Of a stretch of 64,000 bases of DNA, positions 35,095 to 48,138 are shown one piece after another; position 1 is the stretch's first letter, and every line of letters begins with the position of its first letter. The DNA is from Mobula hypostoma. Lineage: Eukaryota. Position numbers and translations under genes: made by a program. Under the pieces are notes generated by a model, which saw only the letters and a program-made list of their open reading frames with translations, had not been told where the DNA came from and searched no databases. The stretch is taken from assembly GCF_963921235.1 (NCBI RefSeq), contig NC_086098.1:8866001-8930000 (forward strand), read 5' to 3'.

Positions 35095-38000
35095 ATAGAA
35101 ACATAGAAAATAGGTGCAGGAGTAGGCCATTCGGCCCTTCGAGCCTGCACCGCCATTTATTATGATCATGGCTGATCATCCAACTCAGAACCCCGCCCCA
35201 GCCTTCCCTCCATACCCCCTGACCCCCGTAGCCACAAGGGCCATATCTAACTCCCTCTTAAATATAGCCAATGAACTGGCCTCAACTGTTTCCTGTGGCA
35301 GAGAATTCCACAGATTCACCACTCTCCGTGTGAAGTTTTTCCTAATCTCGGTCCTAAAAGGCTTCCCCTCTATCCTCAAACTGTGGCCCCTCGTTCTGGA
35401 CTTCCCCAACATCGGGAACAATCTTCCTGCATCTAGCCTGTCCAATCCCTTTAGGATCTTATACTTTTCAATCAGATCCCCCCTCAATCTTCTAAATTCC
35501 AACGAGTACAAGCCCAGTTCATCCAGTCTTTCTTCATATGAAAGTCCTGCCATCCCAGGAATCAATCTGGTGAACCTTCTATGTACTCCCTCTAAGGCAA
35601 GGATGTCTTTCCTCAGATTAGGGGACCAAAACTGCACACAATACTCCAGGTGTGGTCTCACCAAGGCCTTGTACAACTGCAGTAGTACCTGCCTGCTCCT
35701 GTACTCGAATCCTCTCGCTATAAATGCCAGCATACCATTCGCCTTTTTCACCACCTGCTGTACCTGCATGCCCACTTTCAATGACTGGTGTATAATGACA
35801 CCCAGGTCTCGTTGCACCTCCCCTTTTCCTAATCGGCCACCATTCAGATAATAATCTGTTTTCCTATTTTTGCCATCAAAGTGGATAACTTCACATTTAT
35901 CCACATTAAATTGCATCTGCCATGAATTTGCCCACTCACCCAACCTATCCAAGTCACCCTGCATCCTCTTAGCATCCTCCTCACTGCTAACACTGCCACC
36001 CAGCTTCGTGTCATCCGCAACTTGGAGATGCTGCATTTAATTCCCTCATCCAAGTCATTAATATATATTGTAAACAACTGGGGTCCCAGCACTGAGCCTT
36101 GCGGTACCCCACTAGTCACCGCCTGCCATTCTGAAAAGGTCCCGTTTATTCCCACTCTTTGCTTCCTGTCTGCCAACCAATTCTCCACCCACACCAATAC
36201 CTTACCCCCAATACCGTGTGCTTTAAGTTTGCACACTAATCTCCTGTGTGGGACCTTGTCAAAAGCCTTTTGAAAATCCAAATATACCACATCCACTGGT
36301 TCTCCCCTATCCACTCTACTAGTTACATCCTCAAAAAATTCTATGAGATTCGTCAGACATGATTTTCCTTTCACAAATCCATGCTGACTTTGTCCGATCA
36401 TTTCACCGCTTTCCAAATGTGCTGTTATCACATCCTTGATAACTGACTCCAGCAGTTTCCCCACCACCGACGTTAGGCTAACCGGTCTATAATTCCCTGG
36501 TTTCTCTCTCCCTCCTTTTTTAAAAAGTGGAGTTACATTAGCCACCCCCCAATCCTCAGGAACTAGTCCTGAATCTAACGAGTTTTGAAAAATTATCACT
36601 AATGCATCCACTATTTCTTGGGCTACTTCCTTAAGCATTCTAGGATGCAGACCATCTGGCCCCGGGGATTTATCTGCCTTCAATCCCTTCAATTTACCTA
36701 ACACCACTTCCCTACTAACATGTATTTCACTCAGTTCCTCCATCTCACTGGACCCTCTGTCCCCTACTATTTCTGGAAGATTATTTATGTCCACCTTAGT
36801 GAAGACAGAACCAAAGTAATTATTCAATTGGTCTGCCATGTCCTTACTCCCCATAATCAATTCACCTGTTTCTGTCTGCAGGGGACCTACATTTGTCTTT
36901 ACCAGTCTTTTCCTTTTTACATATCTATAAAAGCTTTTACAGTCCGTTTTTATGTTCCCTGCCAGTTTTCTCTCAATCTTTTTTCCCCTTCCTAATTAAG
37001 CCCTTTGTCCTCCTCTGCTGAACTCTGAATTTCTCCCAGTCCTCAGGTGAGCCACTTTCTCTGGCTAATTTGTATGCTTCTTCTTTGGAATTGATACTAT
37101 CCCTAATTTCTCTTGTCAGCCACGGGTGCACTACCTTCCTTGATTTATTCTTTTGCCAAACTGGGATGAACAATTGTTGTAGCTCATCCATGCAACCTTT
37201 AAATGCTTGCCATTGCATATCCACCGTCAATCCTTGAAGTGTCATTTGCCAGTCTATCTTAGCTAATTCACGTCTCATACCTTCAAAGTTACCCCTCTTT
37301 AAGTTCAGAACCTTTGTTTCTGAATTAACCATGTCACTCTCCATCTTAATGAAGAATTCCACCATATTATGGTCACTCTTACCCAAGGGGCCTCTCACGA
37401 CAAGATCGCTAATTAACCCTTCCTCATTGCTCAAAACCCAGTCCAGAATAGCCTGCTCTCTAGTTGGTTCCTCGACATGTTGGTTCAAAAAACCATCCCG
37501 CATACATTCCAAGAAATCCTTTTCCTCAGCACCTTTACCAATTTGGTTCACCCAATCTACATGTAGATTGAAGTCACCCATTATAACTGCTGTTCCTTTA
37601 TTGCACACATTTCTAATTTCCTGTTTAATACCATCTCCGACCTCAGTACTACTGTTAGGTGGCCTGTACACAACTCCCACCAGCGTCTTCTGCCCCTTAG
37701 TGTTACGCAGCCCTACCCATATCGATTCCACATCTTCCCGGCTTATGTCCTTCCTTTCTATTGCATTAATCTCTTCTTTAACCAGCAACGCCATCCCACC
37801 TCCCCTTCCTTCATGTCTATCCCTCCTGAATATTGAATATCCCTGAACGTTGAACTCCCATCCCTGGTCACCCTGGAGCCATGTCTCTGTGATCCCAACT
37901 ATATCATAATCATTAATAACAATCTGCACTTTCAATTCATCCACCTTATTACGAATGCTCCTTGCATTGACATACAAAGCCTTCAGGCGCTCTTTTACAA

Positions 38001-39019
38001 CTCTCTTAGCCCTTATACAATTATGTTGAAAAGTGGCCCTTTTTAATGCTTGCCCTGGATTTGTCAGCCTGCCACTTTTACTTTTCTCCTTAGTACTTTT
38101 TGCTTCTACCCTCACTTTACACCTCTCTGTCTTTCTGCACTGGTTCCCATCCCCTTGCTGTGAACTAACCTCCTCACGCCTAGCCTCTTTAATTTGATTC
38201 CCACCCCCCAACCATTCTAGTTTAAAGTCACCTCAGTAGCCCCCGCTAATCTTCCTGCCAGGATATTGGTCCCCCTAGGATTCAAGTGTAACCCATCCTT
38301 TTTGTACAGGTCACGCCTGCGCCAAAAGAGGTCCCAATGATCCAAAAACTTGAATCACTGCCCCCTGCTCCAATCCCTCAGCCACGCATTTATCCTCCAC
38401 CTCATCGCATTCCTACTCTCACTGTCGCGTGGCACAGGCAGTAATCCCGAGATTACTACCTTTGCGGTCCTTTTTCTCAACTCCCTTCCTAGCTCCCTAT
38501 ATTCTCCTTTCAGGACCTCATCCCTTTTCCTACCTATGTCATTGGTACCTATATGTACCACGACCTCTGGCTTCTCACCCTCCCACTTCAGGATATCTTG
38601 GACATGATCAGAAATATCCCGGACCCTGGCACCAGGGAGGCAAACTACCATCCGGGTCTCTGGACTGAGTCCACAGAATCGCCTATCTGACCCCCTTACT
38701 ATCGAGTCCCCTATCACAACTGCCCTCCTCTTCCTTGCCCTACCCTTCTGAGCTACAGGGCCAGACTCTGTGCCGGAGGCACGGCCACTGTCGCTTTCCC
38801 CGGGTAAGCTGTCCCCCCCAACAGTACTCAAACAGGAGTACCTGTTGTGAAGGGGCACAGCCACCGGGGTACTCCCTATTACCTGACTTTTCCCCTTCCC
38901 CCTCCTAACCGTGACCCACTTGTCTGCCTCCCGTGGCCCCGGTGTGACCACCTGCCTGCAACTCCTCTCTCTCCCTGACCAGACGAAGGTCATCGAGCTG
39001 CAGCTCCAGTTCCGTAACG
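35095..39019 (-). mobile_element. CR1 LINE, 5'-truncated within ORF1, near-identical to 2454-6756
   Basis: ORFs 38355-38993, 36973-38211, 35844-36860 and 35185-36036 match the first copy almost residue for residue; tail ATAGAAACATAGAAA at 35095. Confidence 0.95.
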
Positions 39020-39887
39020 CGTGAGGTAACGGAATGCATGAGGTAGTGGGTTAGATACAGGAGTGGACATCTCACCTCCCCAAGAGTCCTCGGGGGGGGG
39101 GGGGGGAGACAACAGGGGAACTGTCTGAGCAGTAAGCCAGTCATGGTTGGCTTTGGTTCAGCAAGTTTTGGAGAGTGGTGGCTGAGCAGGGAAATCTAGG
39201 GAAGGTTTTCCTTAGAGTTACTGTTCCTTATTAGAGTCACCAGGATGTCAACTATGGATTGAGAATTCTCTGTCTGCAAGACATGGATGATCATGGAAAC
39301 TGTCAGTTTCCCTGGTGACCCTATGGCCAACAGGCTCCTTAACTGGAGTGGATAACTTCATTCACCTCAACTCTGAACTGATTTTGCAACCTTCAGATTC
39401 TCAAAGACAGGAGAGCTCAGGTTCTCAGTATTTTTTTTTAATTTGCACAATTTGTCTTCTTTTGTACATTGGTTGTTTGTCAGTCTTTGTTAGTGTATAA
39501 CTTTTCATAAATTCTATTGTATTTCTTTATTTCCCTGTAAATGCCTGCAAGAAAATGAATCTTAAGATCACATACAGAGACAACAATCGTGTACTTTGAT
39601 AATAAATTTACCTTGAAATTGAGTTTGGCAAAATCTCCAGCAGGAATCAGACAGCTGAGTGTGATGCCCTGCCTGAAACTATAGACAGCAGTGATACACT
39701 AGAACACCAGCGCCTTCTCAAAAACTTACACATCTTCATTTTGCTGATTGAATTGTGATGTCTGGAAGGTCTATCATTTTGCTAGTTGCTCACAGGTATG
39801 CTGTACATCGGTTTGAATGTCATTTTGGATTAATATGGACACAGGAAGCAGAAGTGACAGCACCAAACCACAGTTTATCCTGTAACT

Positions 39888-40392
39888 AGTAAAGTGGCCA
39901 CTGACTGGAGGTTTGTGGTTTTCGTTAGCTCTATCCCATCCACTTCAAGGTTTGACATGTTGTGTGTTCAGAGATGTTGTCTGCCCACTGTTGTAACATG
40001 TAGTTGTTTGAGCTGCTGCTGCCTTCCTGTCAGCTTGAACCAGTCTGGCCATTCACCTCTGACCTCTCATTAACAAGGTGTTTTTGCCAATACAACTGCT
40101 GCTCACTGGGCAACTTTTTAAAACCATTCTCTGTAAACTCTACAGACTGCTGTGTGTGAAAATCACAGAAGATCAGAAGTTTCTGAGATGCTCAAACCAC
40201 CGGCACCAGCAATCATTTCATGGTCAAAGTCACTTAGATCACTATTCTGATGTTTGGTCTGCACAGCAACTGAACCATTTGACCATGTCCACTTGCTTTT
40301 ATGCATTGAGTTGCTGCCAGGTGATTGGCTGATTAGATATTTGCATTAATGAGCAGGAGTACAAGTGTTCCTAATGAAGTGGCCACTGAGCA
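39888..40392 (-). mobile_element. Tc1-like non-autonomous transposon
   Basis: AAAGTGGCCACTGA at ~39891 and CCTAATGAAGTGGCCACTGAG at ~40370; interior homologous to 1400-1724. Confidence 0.7.
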
Positions 40393-41639
40393 CACGTACG
40401 CTGAAGATAAGTTGCTTAGACATCATAGGTGGTGACACATTGTGGTTTTAATGCAACTGTTTTCAGTCCAGGAGGGACTGAGTCATGTGAGTAAAATGCC
40501 AGTTTTTGCAGAATTTGCATTGTAATATCTTCAGCCAAAAGACATTTCTGGCACTTTCATATCAGAGAATGTATACAGTATACAACCTGAAACCCTTACT
40601 CTTCACAGACATCCACGAAACAGAAGAAAAAACCCAAAGAATGAAAGACAAAAACATTATTACCCCAAAGCTCCCCTCCCCTCTCCCAGGCACAAGCAGC
40701 AGCAAAGCATCATCCCTCCCCTTCCTATTCCAGCAGAAACCATCAGCCTCCCCCCCCCCACTATCCACCAAGCCCCCCAAAGACCATGAACCATCAAAAA
40801 CTTCTGTCCATCCTAACACCTCGACATCTCAACAGGCCCTCTCTCTCACTCATGAGGGAGAGAGTGATATTGCTCCTACCTCAGCCGGAGGGGGAAGGCC
40901 AACAGCTCACTATTACAGTCTGCAAAGATATCAGAGATGGCAGGGATTAATGTACAAGTTGCTGCTTTAAAAACTGGAGAACAATATTCAACAGTGCTGA
41001 AATTAGTCATCATAATACAAGGTGCGAACGCTGCCAACTTGGTACAATGACAGAATGGTCAAAGAATCAGGTTGCTGAGTCTGTGATTCAGAATGAAACT
41101 ATTTAGTAATTGCGGTCAGAGGAAATCTCAGCCAAACTGCTGATGGGCCAATACTGGCAGAGATTTTAAACAAATGTGCCTCTGATTCGCCAGGAATGTG
41201 TTAAAATGTCTACCAAGAACAAAAAAAACCAAAAATGATTTCTACATTTGGAGTCTGCGAGTGATTTGAAAAGCAAAGGAGGAATAAGAATAAGATTCAA
41301 AGAGCCACTCATATCCAGCTGGAATTGGATGGTTGTTTGGCTTGGGCAGGAAGTTAGAATGTGAAACTTGGGTCCAAGTGCTAACTCCAAGCCACTCACT
41401 CAGAGTTAATACTTGGAGCACATCTTCACCTTCTACCTTTAATGCAGACCACATCACTGAATTCACTGGGTTTTTGACAGAATGTTTATGATATGCTATG
41501 GGGCAAGAGTTCGGGGTAGGAAAGTTAGAATGTAGGGGACGTGCTATGGGTGGATATAGTTGGGGGAGATTTTGGGGTCCAACATTGTGTCAAAAGCCCA
41601 GATGCAACTTCAATAATGCAGTCTGCAACATTTCCAGAT

Positions 41640-43010
41640 TGCTTAATGTCATTTCCAGTACATAAGTGTAAAGAATGAAATAATTGTTTCTCCAGATCTG
41701 ATGCAACACAAAAATCACAATAAATATAAATACATAAGATAGCTTATATACATAGATTGATTGTATGTCCATAAAGTGAAACTCGGCACAGGAGTGTCTG
41801 TAAGTGACTCTGACAGGAAATGATAAAGTAGTGGTATTTGGTGGTGTGGAAGAGTGAGTTAGTAGGTGGAGGTGTTGATCAGCCTTACTACTTGGGGAAA
41901 AGAACCGTTTTTGATTCTGGTGTGGATGCTATATAGCATCCCCCCAGATGGGAGTGGGACAAACAGTCCATTAGCAGGGTGGTGGGATCTTTCATGATGT
42001 TACTGGCTGTTATCCAGCACCTTTCTGTATATATGGGGAGGAGGGGAGGAGATGGCAGCGCGACGTAGCGCACGCGGCCACTCCGAAATGATATCATATA
42101 TGTAAGTAGGTGCCGTGCAATCCTGATTTGATGGAGGCAGACGTGAGAAGCACAGAAAACATCTGGAGAAACTTCTGAAATGCCTGCTTTGCTGTTGTTG
42201 CTACTGTGAGATCAAGAATCTCCGGAGGGGAAGGCCCCAAATCCTCAGCTTTGCCTATTGCCAGGGTCGGGGTCGAAGTCGAAGCGCTTGGCAGAGATGG
42301 TGCTCGTTGTTGGAGGGCTGGTCGGAGGCTCAAAGTTTTCAGACGGACTCGAGTCGGCTGCTTCCAGGGTGCTGCATCGGCAAGTTTGCGGCGCTGGAAG
42401 CTCATGGCAGGAAGAGAGTTTCTCTTCCTTCTACCGTCTGCGTGAGATGGGACTTTCAAGAGACTTTGAGACTTTTTTTACCGTGCCCATGGTCTGTTCT
42501 TTATCAAATTATGGTATTGCTTTGCACTGTTGTAACTATATGTTATAATTATGTGGTTTTTGTCAGTTTTTTTAGTCTTGGTTTGTCTTGTTTCTGTGAT
42601 ATCATTCTGGAGGAACATTGTATCATTTAACGCATGCATTACTAAATGACAATAAAAGAGGACTGCGTGTCCTCAAACTAATTTAATCTAATATGTCCTT
42701 GATGGTGGATAGGCTGGTGCTGCCGATGCATTAGGCAGTTTTGATTACCCGTTGTAGAGCCTGCCCATCCACGAGTCCAGCTCTCTTCACCCTCCTCAGA
42801 AAGTAGAGGCATTGTTAAGCTCTCCTGATAGTGCAGAATGTATTCCGGGACCATGAGAAGTCCTGTGTGATGTGCACTCCCAGGGGTGTGAGACTGCAGC
42901 TGAGCCATCAATGTAAAGGTGGGTGCGAGTAGTGTGAGTTCCCCTGAGGTTGATAACCATCTCCTTTGTCTTGTGGACATTGAGGAAGAGGTTATTTGCC
43001 TGATCTGGAA
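41640..43010 (-). mobile_element. Degraded Rex1/Babar-like LINE with nested insertion
   Basis: NNLFLNVHKTKEMVI and ASNIMKDPT on the minus strand. Confidence 0.6.
42036..42690 (+). mobile_element. ~620-650 bp non-coding retroposon, copy 1 of 3
   Basis: Colinear with 59552-60175 and 55721-56258 (-). 5' GAGATGGCAGC; 3' AATAAAA-GAGGACTGCGTGTCCTC-(AATCT)-type tail; splits the host LINE at ATAT. Confidence 0.75.
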
Positions 43011-43680
43011 ATAGATACAAAATTCCCTAAAAGTGGCGTCACAGGTAGATAGGGTCGTAAAGAGAGCTTTTGGTACATTGGCTTTTATTAATCAAAGTAT
43101 TGAGTATAAGAGCTGGAATGTTATGATGAGGTTGTATAAGGCATTGGTGAGGCCGAATCTGGAGTATTGTGTACAGTTTTGGTCACCAAATTACAGGAAG
43201 GATATAAATAAGGTTGAAAGAGTGCAGAGAAGGTTTACAAGGATGTTGCCGGGACTTGAGAAACTCAGTTACAGAGAAAGGTTGAATAGGTTAGGACTTT
43301 ATTCCCTGGAGCGTAGATTTGATAGAGGTATATAAAATTATGATGGGTATAGAGTGAATGCAAGCAGGCTTTTTCCCCACTGAGGCAAGGGGAGAAAAAA
43401 AAACCCAGAGAACATGGGTTAAGGGTAAGGGGGGAAAAGTTTAAAGGGAACATTAAGGGGGCTTCTTCACAGAGTGGTGGGAGTATGGAATGAGCTGCCA
43501 GATGAGGTGGTAAATGCGGGTTCTTTTTTAACATTTAAGAATAAATTGGACAGATGCATGGATGGGAGGTGTATGGAGGGATATGGTCCGTGTGCAGGTC
43601 AGTGGGACTAGGCAGAAAATAGTTCAGCACAGCCAAGAAGGGCCAAAAGGCCTGTTTCTGTGCTGTAGTTTCTATGGTTT
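43010..43680 (+). mobile_element. CR1 3' fragment
   Basis: LYKALVRPNLEYCVQFWSP; TTTCTATG tail. Confidence 0.85.
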
Positions 43681-44413
43681 CTTCCACCGCCTCTCTGTAA
43701 GCCATCTCACTGCTGTTGGTGATGGGCCCCTCCACTATCAAGTTATCAGCTCTGTATATAACTGTTGTTTCCTTGTTTGGGTTTGGCATCAACTGGCCAG
43801 CAATATATGGACCCATATGGAGTCTGAAAATCAGGACTGACAAGAATAAACCAAGAATGGATTATGGAGAATTTAGGAATTGAAAACAACTGAGCAAATG
43901 CATGGATTGCAGATGGCTAAACACTGAGCCGTATTACAGTGACACCTGCTTTTGTGTGTTCTCAATAAGTTTCAGAGACATGCTCTTCCCCAGGTGTGAA
44001 AGAAGACTGGCTTGCCATGATGGGATACAGCTGAAGATGCAAGTAACCCTGTGCAATACATTTCATCTGGTGTTGCAGGCCCCATTGCACGGGATCAATA
44101 AAATCTGCAGAGGGCTGTAGACACAGCTGCCTCCATCATGGGCATCTGCCTCCCCACCATCAGCAATGTCTTCAAAAGACAGTAACACAACATCCATGAT
44201 GGACAACCCTCACCACCCTGGACATGCCCTCTTCTCATTACTGCCATCAGGGAGGGGGTACAGGGGCCTATAGACACACACTCAATGTTTCAGGAACAGC
44301 TTTGTCCCCTCTGCTTTCAGATTTCTGAACTGCCTATGAACCCGTGAACACGACCTCACTATTTTTCCTTCTCTTTTTGCATTATCTGTTTTTTAATATT
44401 TTTCTTACTGTAA

Positions 44414-44616
44414 TTTATTATTGCTGTCCCTCTCCATGCCTTGCTCACATCGGGCAGTAACCTTTGCTGCTTCTTTAGCATCTGTCTGGCTTTTATGAAG
44501 CCGAGTTGCTGACTTACCCCCAGCACAGTCAGAAAGTGTGCAAGGGGCCGGCCGGATTCGAACCAGGACACTCGCCCTGAAGTCTGGTGCAAATGCCACT
44601 ATACCACCAGCCGGCC
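44414..44616 (-). mobile_element. tRNA-derived SINE inserted in a Rex1-like 3' UTR
   Basis: Minus strand: GGCCGGCTGGTGGTATAGTGG (A box), GGTTCGAATCC (B box, 44554-44564), (AAT)n tail. Confidence 0.7.
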
Positions 44617-44959
44617 ATTGTAACAGAGTAATATTAAACATATTTAATATGTTTACTGCTGCCATAAAACAACAAATTGCACCTGCAGGATGTCAACACT
44701 AATAAACCTGATTCTGTGTAAGAACAATTTTAGTAAGGAGATTTGAAGGTCAGTGTAACAACACAGCACACCTATACTCTCTCTGCCTGTTGTAACTCAC
44801 TCCCATCACAGCTCTCCCCACACATTTTAACATTTCCTTACAATCCCCATCTGTCCTGCCCCTACCTCTTATACAATTTTGTGCCCAGTTGTCACCCTCA
44901 TCAACAGGGTGTGCGAGTATTCTGTTATTTCTTGCAGGCCTGAATGTTATTTAATTAGA

Positions 44960-45195
44960 GATGCATCCCGGTAAGAGGCCCTTCTGGCCCAGTGAGACTG
45001 TGCAACCCAATTACACCATGTGACCTATTAACCTACTAACCTGCATGCCTTTGGCCTGTGGGAGGAAACCAGAGCACCCAGATGAAACCCACAAGGTCAC
45101 AGAGAGAACATACAAACTCCTTACAGACAGTGTGGAATTGAATGAGAGTTACTAATAGTGTATGGTCATGTAACATAATAGTGTTACGCAACCAT
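44960..45195 (-). mobile_element. HE1-like V-SINE
   Basis: Reverse complement GGAGTTTGTATGTTCTCTCTGTGACCTTGTGGGTTTCATCTGGGTGCTCTGGTTTCCTCCCACAG. Confidence 0.7.
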
Positions 45196-45502
45196 GCTGA
45201 CCCAGACTTGTGTAAGAGCACAGAACTCATGAGAAATGTGAGGCAATACTTTTAGAGTCAACACATTTGGTAAATGCAAGGCCACAAAGGAATACCTGAT
45301 GAACAGGGAGACTCAGGAGACAGGCTGATTGTCCCCTGGAAGTGGTTACAAGTTGACATGGTGGTAAATAAATCTCATACCGTATTGGGGTTCAATACTG
45401 ACTGGCAACTCCTACGACACCACTGGTGCCAAACTGTATTAGCCTCAGCTGCCCCTTTAGATTCATCAGCTGCTGGAGAGGGAAGCCTGCTACATGGGCA
45501 AC

Positions 45503-46990
45503 TGTCATAAGGGGGGGGGGGTCACTGCAAGTGGACCCAAATGCAAGACACAGACACTGAAGTACTAGGAACAGGACAGGAAAGAGACTAGAGATAGGGA
45601 CGTGACTGGATACAGATTAAGAGCTGGGACAAGAACACAGTCTTGGCCTAGGACATTGGCTAGGCAAATGGGACCAGGACTGGGAACGGGAACTAGGAGC
45701 CTGGGCTTGGACTCTGAGCCAGAGACTGGACAAGGACCCAGAACCTGGGTCTTGACTCGGGCTCGGACCCCAGAACTAGGTGAGGACATGACGTGGCTAC
45801 AGGACTGGACGACGACCGGGGTCGGACTCCCAGCCGGGGACCGTGACGAGGACCGGGGTCGGACTCCCAGCCGGGGACCGTGACGAGGACCGGGGTCGGA
45901 CTCCCAGCCGGGGACCGTGACGAGGACCGGGGTCGGACTCCCAGCCGGGGACCGTGACGAGGACCGGGGTCGGACTCCCAGCCGGGGACCGTGACGAGGA
46001 CCGGGGTCGGACTCCCAGCCGGGGACCGTGACGAGGACCGGGGTCGGACTCCCAGCCGGGGACCGTGACGAGGACCGGGGTCGGACTCCCAGCCGGGGAC
46101 CGTGACGAGGACCGGGGTCGGACTCCCAGCCGGGGACCGTGACGAGGACCGGGGTCGGACTCCCAGCCGGGGACCGTGACGAGGACCGGGGTCGGACTCC
46201 CAGCCGGGGACCGTGACGAGGACCGGGGTCGGACTCCCAGCCGGGGACCGTGACGAGGACCGGGGTCGGACTCCCAGCCGGGGACCGTGACGAGGACCCA
46301 GAACCTGGGTCTTGCCTTGGGCTTAGACTCCAAAGTTAGGCAAATACATAACATGGTCTTGGGAGACAGGAACCTCAGAACACAAAGCCAGAAGCCTTGA
46401 ATTCATCTTGGGGAGGACAGGAACACAGCCTTGGTCTAGAGCACAGGAACACAGAGCCTTGGGAGATAGGAACATGGAACACAGAGCCAGGACCCCTCCT
46501 TGGGAACAGGATGTAGGGCTGGGACTCATACACAGAATGCTGAACATGACAAGACAGTTGCCAACACTAGGTAGCAGCAAACAGTTAGACCTACCTAGCA
46601 AAGGCATGGACACAGAGACAGTTCCAACTCAACAAAAGACAGTTCCTTATCTTGACACAGCAAGGCTCCAGTCTCACTCCAGTGGTAGAACTTAACAAGG
46701 TTGCAGGCCAAGGCTCCAGAAGGAAAGGGGAGGGAAGGGAACAGTCCAGCCTCAGGGTAACAGCAAAGATGGCCTGCCTTGCCCCCACAGAGGCGAGGAT
46801 AGGATACTGACAAGACAAACCAACCCCCACATTCAAAGCCAGGGCCACTTATATTCCCAGCCCCAAGACGAGCATCATGTGCTTATAATTAAGCCCAACT
46901 GAAACAAGGATCAGCCGGAAGACCTGGAGTCCGGAGTCCACGGACCGGACCGTGAACCAGAACACAGAGTTCAAGGACCGGACCATGACA
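45503..46990 (-). mobile_element. Solo LTR (probably Gypsy-type) containing a VNTR
   Basis: Termini TGTCAT...ATGACA; 5-bp TSD GCAAC/ACAAC (45498-45502 / 46991-46995). Minus strand has TATAAG near 46850 and TGCATTTGGGTCC near the 3' end. Confidence 0.75.
45814..46294. repeat. GC-rich minisatellite, 13 perfect 37-bp units
   Basis: Unit GACCGGGGTCGGACTCCCAGCCGGGGACCGTGACGAG, head-to-tail with no spacers. Confidence 0.97.
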
Positions 46991-47839
46991 ACAACAAGTT
47001 GCTCTCTATATTGTACTGCTCTGGCCTGTATACCACGTAGACCAACAGGAAGCAACATCCATGGTCGACCCTGACCAAGCGAGGGCCTAAAGTTATGGGA
47101 GAACTGCAGAGTCCGGGCTCGTTTTCCCTGGAGTGAAGGAGGCTGAGGGAATGAGCTGATGGAAGCTGACATGACAGAATAGACAGTCAAAATCTTTCCC
47201 CCATCGTGCTGGTATTAAAAGCAAGAGTTCATAGATTTAGGGCGAGCAGAAGTATTTTAAAGGGTATTTGAGAATTAGTTCTTTTAGTACACAGAGGGAT
47301 ATCATGGTAACAGGACCCTCTGGCACAATGAGCTGTAATATGTTGCTCGAAGAGATACTTTTCAAAGGATCTCTTACGCCCGCTAAATGTTAGTACTTTA
47401 CTCACATGTAGACTGAACTTATGAGGAAAGGTTGAACAAGCTGGGACTTTTCTATTTAGAGCAAAGAAGGATGATCAGTAACTTGATAGAGGTGTACAAG
47501 GTAATCCCAGGCAGCGATAGAGTGGAGAGCCTGAGACCTTTTCCCAGACAGATGATGGCTACTATGAAGGGGCTTAATTTTAAGGTAATTGGAGGAAGGT
47601 ACAGGGGAGATGTCAGAGGTACATGGGTCTTTTTTTAATGCAGAGAGTAAAGGAACACATAGATGAGGTAGTGGTAGACGCAGATATATTAAGGACATTG
47701 AAAAGACTCATAAATAGGCACGTGTGGGAGGGAAGTGTTAGACTGATCTTGAAATAGGGTAAAAGGTCAGCATGACTTTGTAGGTTGAAGGACCTGTATT
47801 GTGCTATACTATTCTTTGTTCCATGTACTATGCTCTGTC

Positions 47840-47912
47840 CAGGGGTTCCCAACCTGGGCTCCACAGATCCATGAATTGGTCTATAGCATAAAAAAAAGTT
47901 TGGGAACCTCTG
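47840..47912. mobile_element. Tiny hAT MITE inside a CR1 tail; (TTCTGTG)n repeat follows to ~48075
   Basis: TIRs CAGGGGTTCCCAA / TTGGGAACCTCTG, flanked by CTCTGT on both sides. Confidence 0.65.
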
Positions 47913-48138
47913 CTCTGTATTCTATGTTCTGTGCTCTGTGTTCCATGTGCTATGTTCTGTGTTCCACGTTGTGTTCTGTGTTCCACATTCCATGTTCTGC
48001 GTTCTGTGTTCTGTGTTCTGTGTTCTATGTTCTATGGTATCTGTTTCTGTGCTCTGTGTTTCTGTTTTCTATGCCCTTTACCACTTTTCCTGTATATAAA
48101 AAAAGTGCCTCTTAGGTCTGCTTTAACTCCTGGAAATA

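Noticed and set aside
39010..39035. Short inverted repeat TTCCGT...ACGGAA at the CR1 5' truncation point
   Set aside because: Could be a fold-back scar, but 6-9 bp is too short to distinguish from chance.
40506..40970. 154-aa Pro/Ser-rich ORF
   Set aside because: Low-complexity antisense reading of a repeat with a LINE-like 3' end on the minus strand; TTG start and no domain.
43985..44050. Possible small exon (CTTCCCCAG ... GTAACC)
   Set aside because: Weak donor site, no recognisable peptide and no partner exons.
45814..46294. 37-bp repeats resembling a CRISPR array, and the repetitive 185-aa ORF over them
   Set aside because: Units are head-to-tail with no spacers and no cas genes, in a vertebrate context. 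The ORF is a by-product of a stop-free GC-rich repeat.
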